A stretch of DNA of 64,000 nt, taken from contig NC_088796.1 in assembly GCF_011386835.1 (NCBI RefSeq), positions 71,486,001 through 71,550,000 of the forward strand, read 5' to 3'. The translations under genes were made by a program, and so were the position numbers. How positions within the stretch are numbered: position 1 is the stretch's first letter; the number at the start of each line of letters is the position of its first letter. Under the pieces are notes generated by a model. That model searched no databases, was not told the origin of the DNA, and saw nothing but the letters and a program-made list of their open reading frames with translations. The stretch is from Chrysemys picta bellii (taxonomy: Eukaryota). This document shows positions 58,840 through 64,000 of the stretch, piece after piece.

Positions 58840-59904
58840 AGGGGGATTGTTATAAAGAGTCTGAATGTTTTACATTTACATGGTGAGGCAGTTGAATTGA
58901 GGTGCATGGTAATATTGTCATAAGTGGCAATTTCCTTGATTTCTTAAAGGAATTTTTTAAGTGAAATTCTCTTAAGCAACCTTCAGTAAGCTTTTATTAT
59001 AATTACACCCACCCACCTGTGGCATGTAGCGGGTTCCAGGTCATTTCTGTTAAGGAAGGAAAAGATAGAGATGCTCAGAGAGTATGCAAAATGTCTGAAA
59101 AAGGCACAAGAAATCAAACTACTGAGCAGGAACTCTCAACTGTACAGAAACCCTGAGTGCAAAGAGGATGTCCCACAGGAAAGGCTAGAGATAGGTTGAC
59201 CTGATCCATATTTGTTGAAAATTCTGAATTTCATCAACTTTTTTCTTTAAAAAAAAATAAAAATTGTCCATTAAAAATGTTCAGTATTTTTAATCGCTCT
59301 AGAGTTGGATGACTAATGGAAAAATATAGCCATCAAAGTCAACTTGAACAATGGTTTCAACTAACTAAAAAAAAAATCAATTAATATATTCTTGAATTAT
59401 GAACTGGTCAAATAATAGAAAACAATATTAAAATAATTTTAAAGGTACTACAAAATTCAGCAGCTAATTTATTTGACCAGTTCTAGAAGACACACAACAA
59501 GTTGAAATCGCAAATGGGAAAGACAGTGGACCATGAAATTTAAAAAAACAGAAGCTCTAGGAAGAGGTAAACAAGGAAACAGGCATGAAACCATTGAACC
59601 TTGATACCTACATAAGAACTCTTCCCTCAACAAGACTGGGAGTAAGAAAATACTGAAAGGAGCCCCCCCCCCCAAAAAAAACCAACCAAACCAAACAAAA
59701 AAAACCACAACAACAACCCACCAAACAAACCAAAAACACAACAACCCTGGAAAGCAATAATGCTGAAAGAAATCTACTGTAGGAGTGAGAGTAGGTAGCA
59801 AATAGCTATATTTGCAAGGCCATTTGGCAGGGGCTGGGGGAAATCAGCACAATTGTAGACTGTATATGCAGAGACATATCAGGAAGAAATGGGGAGCTAG
59901 AGGC

Positions 59905-60150
59905 CGTCTCTGTGCAGCCTTGATTACACCTGGAATATTTTGTTCACTTCTGGATACCTCATTATAAGAAAGATATAGATGGGATTAAGAAAAAAAGCAA
60001 CAAAAATGATTAAGGCCCTGGAGGGACTGACCTTTAAATTAGTTAAATATGTACAGCTCAGCTAAGAGGGGACAAATGAAAGGGACTTGATTATCTACAA
60101 ATACTGAACTGTCTAAACAAGGAGGATGGAAAGGAATTATTCAGGATAGT
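59905..60150 (+). mobile_element. Old CR1 ORF2 fragment
   Basis: cacctggaatattttgttcacttctgg...aaaatgattaaggccctggag...gacttgattatctacaaata. Confidence 0.65.
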
Positions 60151-61244
60151 ACAAAATACCGAACAAAAGATGCCAAACATCCTATACCACAAGCAGAGCT
60201 TTCCATAACCTGATACAGGAGATGAGCCAGTGATTTCATGAAGTCCATGAGGGAACTCACTATTGCTAATCATTCTTACATGGAAAGTACTCAGATACTA
60301 TAGTGATGGGTGCAGTCCAAAACTAAGATAGACAGAACTGGGAAATATGTAGGATAGGACTGTACTTCCTATCTGTCTCAATGGCTGAATCGTATGTCCA
60401 TGCCCTAATCACCCCCGGTCTTCATCACCGAAAATTTGCTCTCTGTGATGCCAGCATTGCCCCCTCTTTTCCCTATTCAAAATGCTGCCACTAAAGTAAT
60501 CTTCTTTGCCACTCATTCAGGCTGTGCCACCCACCCTTCCACTATTTTCCCTTCATTCTACATAGCAAGATAAAACTAATTCTTGCATTCAAGGCCCTGC
60601 ACCACTCTGCCCCAGCCTACATCTCTGTACCTGTCTCCTATCGTGTTCCCTTCTGACCCCTCTGATTTGGCAGTGATGGTAGACTGGATGGCCCAACCAC
60701 TTCTTTTTCCCAATCCCATCTCTTTGACTTCTTCTATGCTATACCTTGTTTACAGAATTCCTTCCTGAAACCTGCTCACAAATCTATCACCTGCTCCTCA
60801 TTTAAATCCCTCTTAAAATCCATATTTCCCCATGTTGTCTGCAAGAAATGGTTTAATATATCATCATTTTAAAAAGATAGCAAAACCACCCAGGTGTACA
60901 CATATCAAGGTAATTGTGTTATTACCACAGCCCTTGTTCTTACTTATTTGTTATTTTCATTAGTTTTGACACAACTCAAATTAGATTGTAACCTCTTGGG
61001 GCTAGGACAATGGGCTAAATCCCAGATTCTTAAAGATATTTAGGCACCTAACTCCCATTTAAATTGATGGAAGCTCAGCACCTAAGTACCTTTGAAGATC
61101 TGGACCTAAATCCTTTGCTGGCAAAACTCTATTATTAGTATTATCATAGCACCTAGGAGCCACTGACCTAATTTTTGGTCTCTAAAGTGCCTAGCACATT
61201 TTTGGGTACTCTCTAAAGAATAAAGATATTTTAAGAGCAATTAT

Positions 61245-61470
61245 GGCTAGGAATAAAGGGCAGAAATTTACACAGGAAAAATTCAATCAATGTTAGGACC
61301 AAACTTCCTGGCTGCAAAACGGTCTCCCAGGAGGCATATGGAATCCCATGTTTGGGACATTTTAAAAATCAGGTTGTACAAAGCACATAATAGAGAAAAA
61401 CCATATGTTAGAAGGAGGATGCACTAGATGACCATACAGGTTTTTTTCTTCTCTAATTTCTATGACTCTT
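61245..61470 (+). mobile_element. Old CR1 3' fragment
   Basis: ctcccaggagg...ttttaaaaatcaggttg...actagatgacc...ctaatttctatgactct. Confidence 0.6.
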
Positions 61471-62825
61471 TGATCTTGTTGGCTGACATATTGATTGGCA
61501 TCACTCACATTAAAAGAAACATGATTGTCTGGAACTGGCTTGTCAAAGTTTTGAAATAAAACAAGCCTGTTATAACTAGCATCTTGCTGGTGTTTTGGTG
61601 CACCTCAAACCACTACCGATTTCAAAGAAGCTTGCAGTGCCCGCTTTCCTGCAATAAAATGTCTCTAATGGTCTGAATTTCAGGACAATATCAATGCACT
61701 AATAGTTTTATAAATACGAAAGGCCCTGAGTAAAGGTTTCTTCTTAGTCTGAATAGAGCTATTTGGCGCTCTGGTTGTGCTGAAAGCTTGACAACTAGCA
61801 TGTTGGAAATGTCTCACTAAGTATAAATTATAAAACGGGGGATCATCTTTTTGTTCAGTAAAAAGAATAATCCTCATGCTAATAAGAAGTGAGTGAAACG
61901 CTGGCCCCAGTAAAGTCAATGGGAAAACTCCCATAGACTGCAGTGAGGCCAGGATTTCGCTCCCTGGGGTTCTGCAAAGATTCAAGATGGAAAAGTCACT
62001 CAATCTAAGATTTTTAATCTGTACATTTATCACTAGTTCCAGCTGTTTTTGTTTGTTTAAATGTCCATTTTATCATTATATAGAACACCTGTAACCATGT
62101 TTTGAGGAAAAATATGCTATCCTTACTTTTCAGCTGATCCTTTGCATTGTGGCATGTTTTATCATGGTGTATTGATAGGGGATAAAAAGATTTTCAAAAC
62201 ATTTTTAAAAAAGTGTTCTGCCATGCTATTCACAGGACAGACAGTGCGACTTCTATTATTTCAAGTGCAGTGCTCCAGCTGGGAGCTGATGTATAAGCCC
62301 ACCGTATTTGGCCAGCCATTCACTATGTCCTTGTTTTAAATACCATTCTAAAAGAGCCACTTAAAACACATACAATGTGACTAACTTTTACTAGATACTG
62401 ATTGCCAGGATCTAGTGCATAACAGCTTGAATTCAAGCAGACCTTGACAAGATCCACCTGGGCCTTTAGGAGACTGAATAAAATTTCCTGACCAAATCAT
62501 CCTAGCTAACTGCAATACAAGATGGTAAATTCATGCTTAAAGAGAGAAAAATTCACCGGTTCTTCTGATCAGATCTATGAAAAAACAGACATCAGAAGAT
62601 AGTGTTCTAAAATAAAGCACTATATTAATAATTAGAAAGCACCTAAACTAAACAAACACTGAATGGGACAAAACAAACCATGGCTTGCATATTTAGTAAC
62701 ATTTTGTGGGTTGACCTACAACTTGGATATTCAAAGTATAAAGCAATAACTATTTGTGCAATCAAAACTGTAAAGAACCCAGTCAGATAGATAGCTAACA
62801 TTTGGATTCATATTACATCAGAGGT

Positions 62826-63569
62826 TGTCATAACTATAAAGGGAAGGGTAACAGCCCTTCTGTGCACAATACTATAAAATCCCTCCCGGCCAGAGACTCC
62901 AAAATCCTTTTACCTGTAAAGGGTTAAGAAGCTCAGGTAACCTGGTTGACACCTGACCCAAGGGACCAATAAGGGGACAAGATACTTTCAAATCTTGGTG
63001 GGGGGAGGGTTTTGTTTGTGCTCTTTGTTTTGTGGGGAGTTTGCTCTTGGGACTAAGAGGGACCAGACATCAATCCATGCTCTCCAAATCTTTCTGAACA
63101 AGTCTCTCATATTTCAAACTTGTAAGTACAGCCAGGCAAGGCGTGTTAGTTTTATCTTTGTTTTCTCAACTTGTAAATGTACTTTTTGCTAGAGTGTTTA
63201 CCTCTGTTTGCTGTAACTTTGAACCTAAGGCTAGAGGGGATTCCTCTGGGCTCTTTAAGTTTGATTACCCTGTGAAGTTATTTTCCATCCTGATTTTACA
63301 GAGATGATTTTACCTTTCTTTCTTTAATTAAAAGCCTTCTTTTTAAGACCCTGATTGATTTTTTCCTTGTTTTAAGATCCAAGGTGTTTTGGATCAGTGT
63401 TCACCAGGGAATTGGTGGAAGAGTCTCTCAAGGCTACCCAGGGAAGGGACTCACCACACTGGGAGTGGTGGCAGCGGACCAGATCTAAGCTGGTAGTTAA
63501 GCTTAGAAGTTTTCATGCAGGCCCCTACATCTGTACCCTAAAGTTCAGAGTGGGGAAGGAGCCTTGACA
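62826..63569. mobile_element. Intact solo LTR, 744 bp (Gypsy or ERV class)
   Basis: TGTCA...TGACA termini; perfect 5-bp TSD GAGGT; no adjacent PBS or internal genes seen. Confidence 0.9.
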
Positions 63570-64000
63570 GAGGTCACACAACTTTTTTTACACTAGAGGA
63601 GGGGCAAAATCAGGTAAACTGAGGTAAATTGAGTATGAACAACTAATCTAGAAGTTTGGAGATTAAATCAATGAAGGACAAGTACAGTCACTCAGTTTTC
63701 ACTACAAAGAAACCACAAGGAGGCATTAAGGCCAAAAGTTTCCCTTTTAAGAAATAATCACAAAAGCTACTTACACCATGGTCTCTGAGAAGAATATGTA
63801 TACAGGCAACCCTAAGGCACTTGGCGTGGGATTCATAGAAGTACTTTTATAGTTGCTGTGTAAACATACCCTTACATGTCTATCAAGCAGCTGCTAGCTC
63901 TGCTTCAGTTGCATGCTAGAAAGAGCAGTGTGGCTTGGGCTAGTTATCTGATTGCATTCCCACCTGACCACCCCCTCCTGCAGCTATGTATTCTGGCAGC

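Overview
Vertebrate genomic DNA, most likely a turtle (inferred from the repeat families). The first ~3.1 kb holds the last two coding exons and proximal 3' UTR of KCNN2 (SK2 Ca2+-activated K+ channel) on the + strand. The remaining ~61 kb contains no recognisable host gene and is dense with transposable elements. These include many 5'-truncated CR1 LINEs, MIR-like SINEs, hAT, Harbinger and Tc1/mariner MITEs, Penelope-like relics, an RTE-X fragment and two LTRs. The most informative objects are: (1) a full-length Chapaev3-type DNA transposon with TIRs, TAA TSD and a ~564-aa transposase broken by only two small insertions; (2) a 1.6-kb TIR element carrying five tRNA-like Pol III cassettes in mixed orientation; (3) a palindromic hAT MITE whose flanks are inverted copies instead of a direct TSD; (4) a two-gene Harbinger element hosting a multi-layer nest of younger insertions; (5) an array of hairpins whose successive units flip orientation; (6) Penelope-like termini collapsed into pure hairpins that lack the ribozyme-bearing centre. 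Family names come from recalled motifs, not database searches. Ends of old repeats are approximate.
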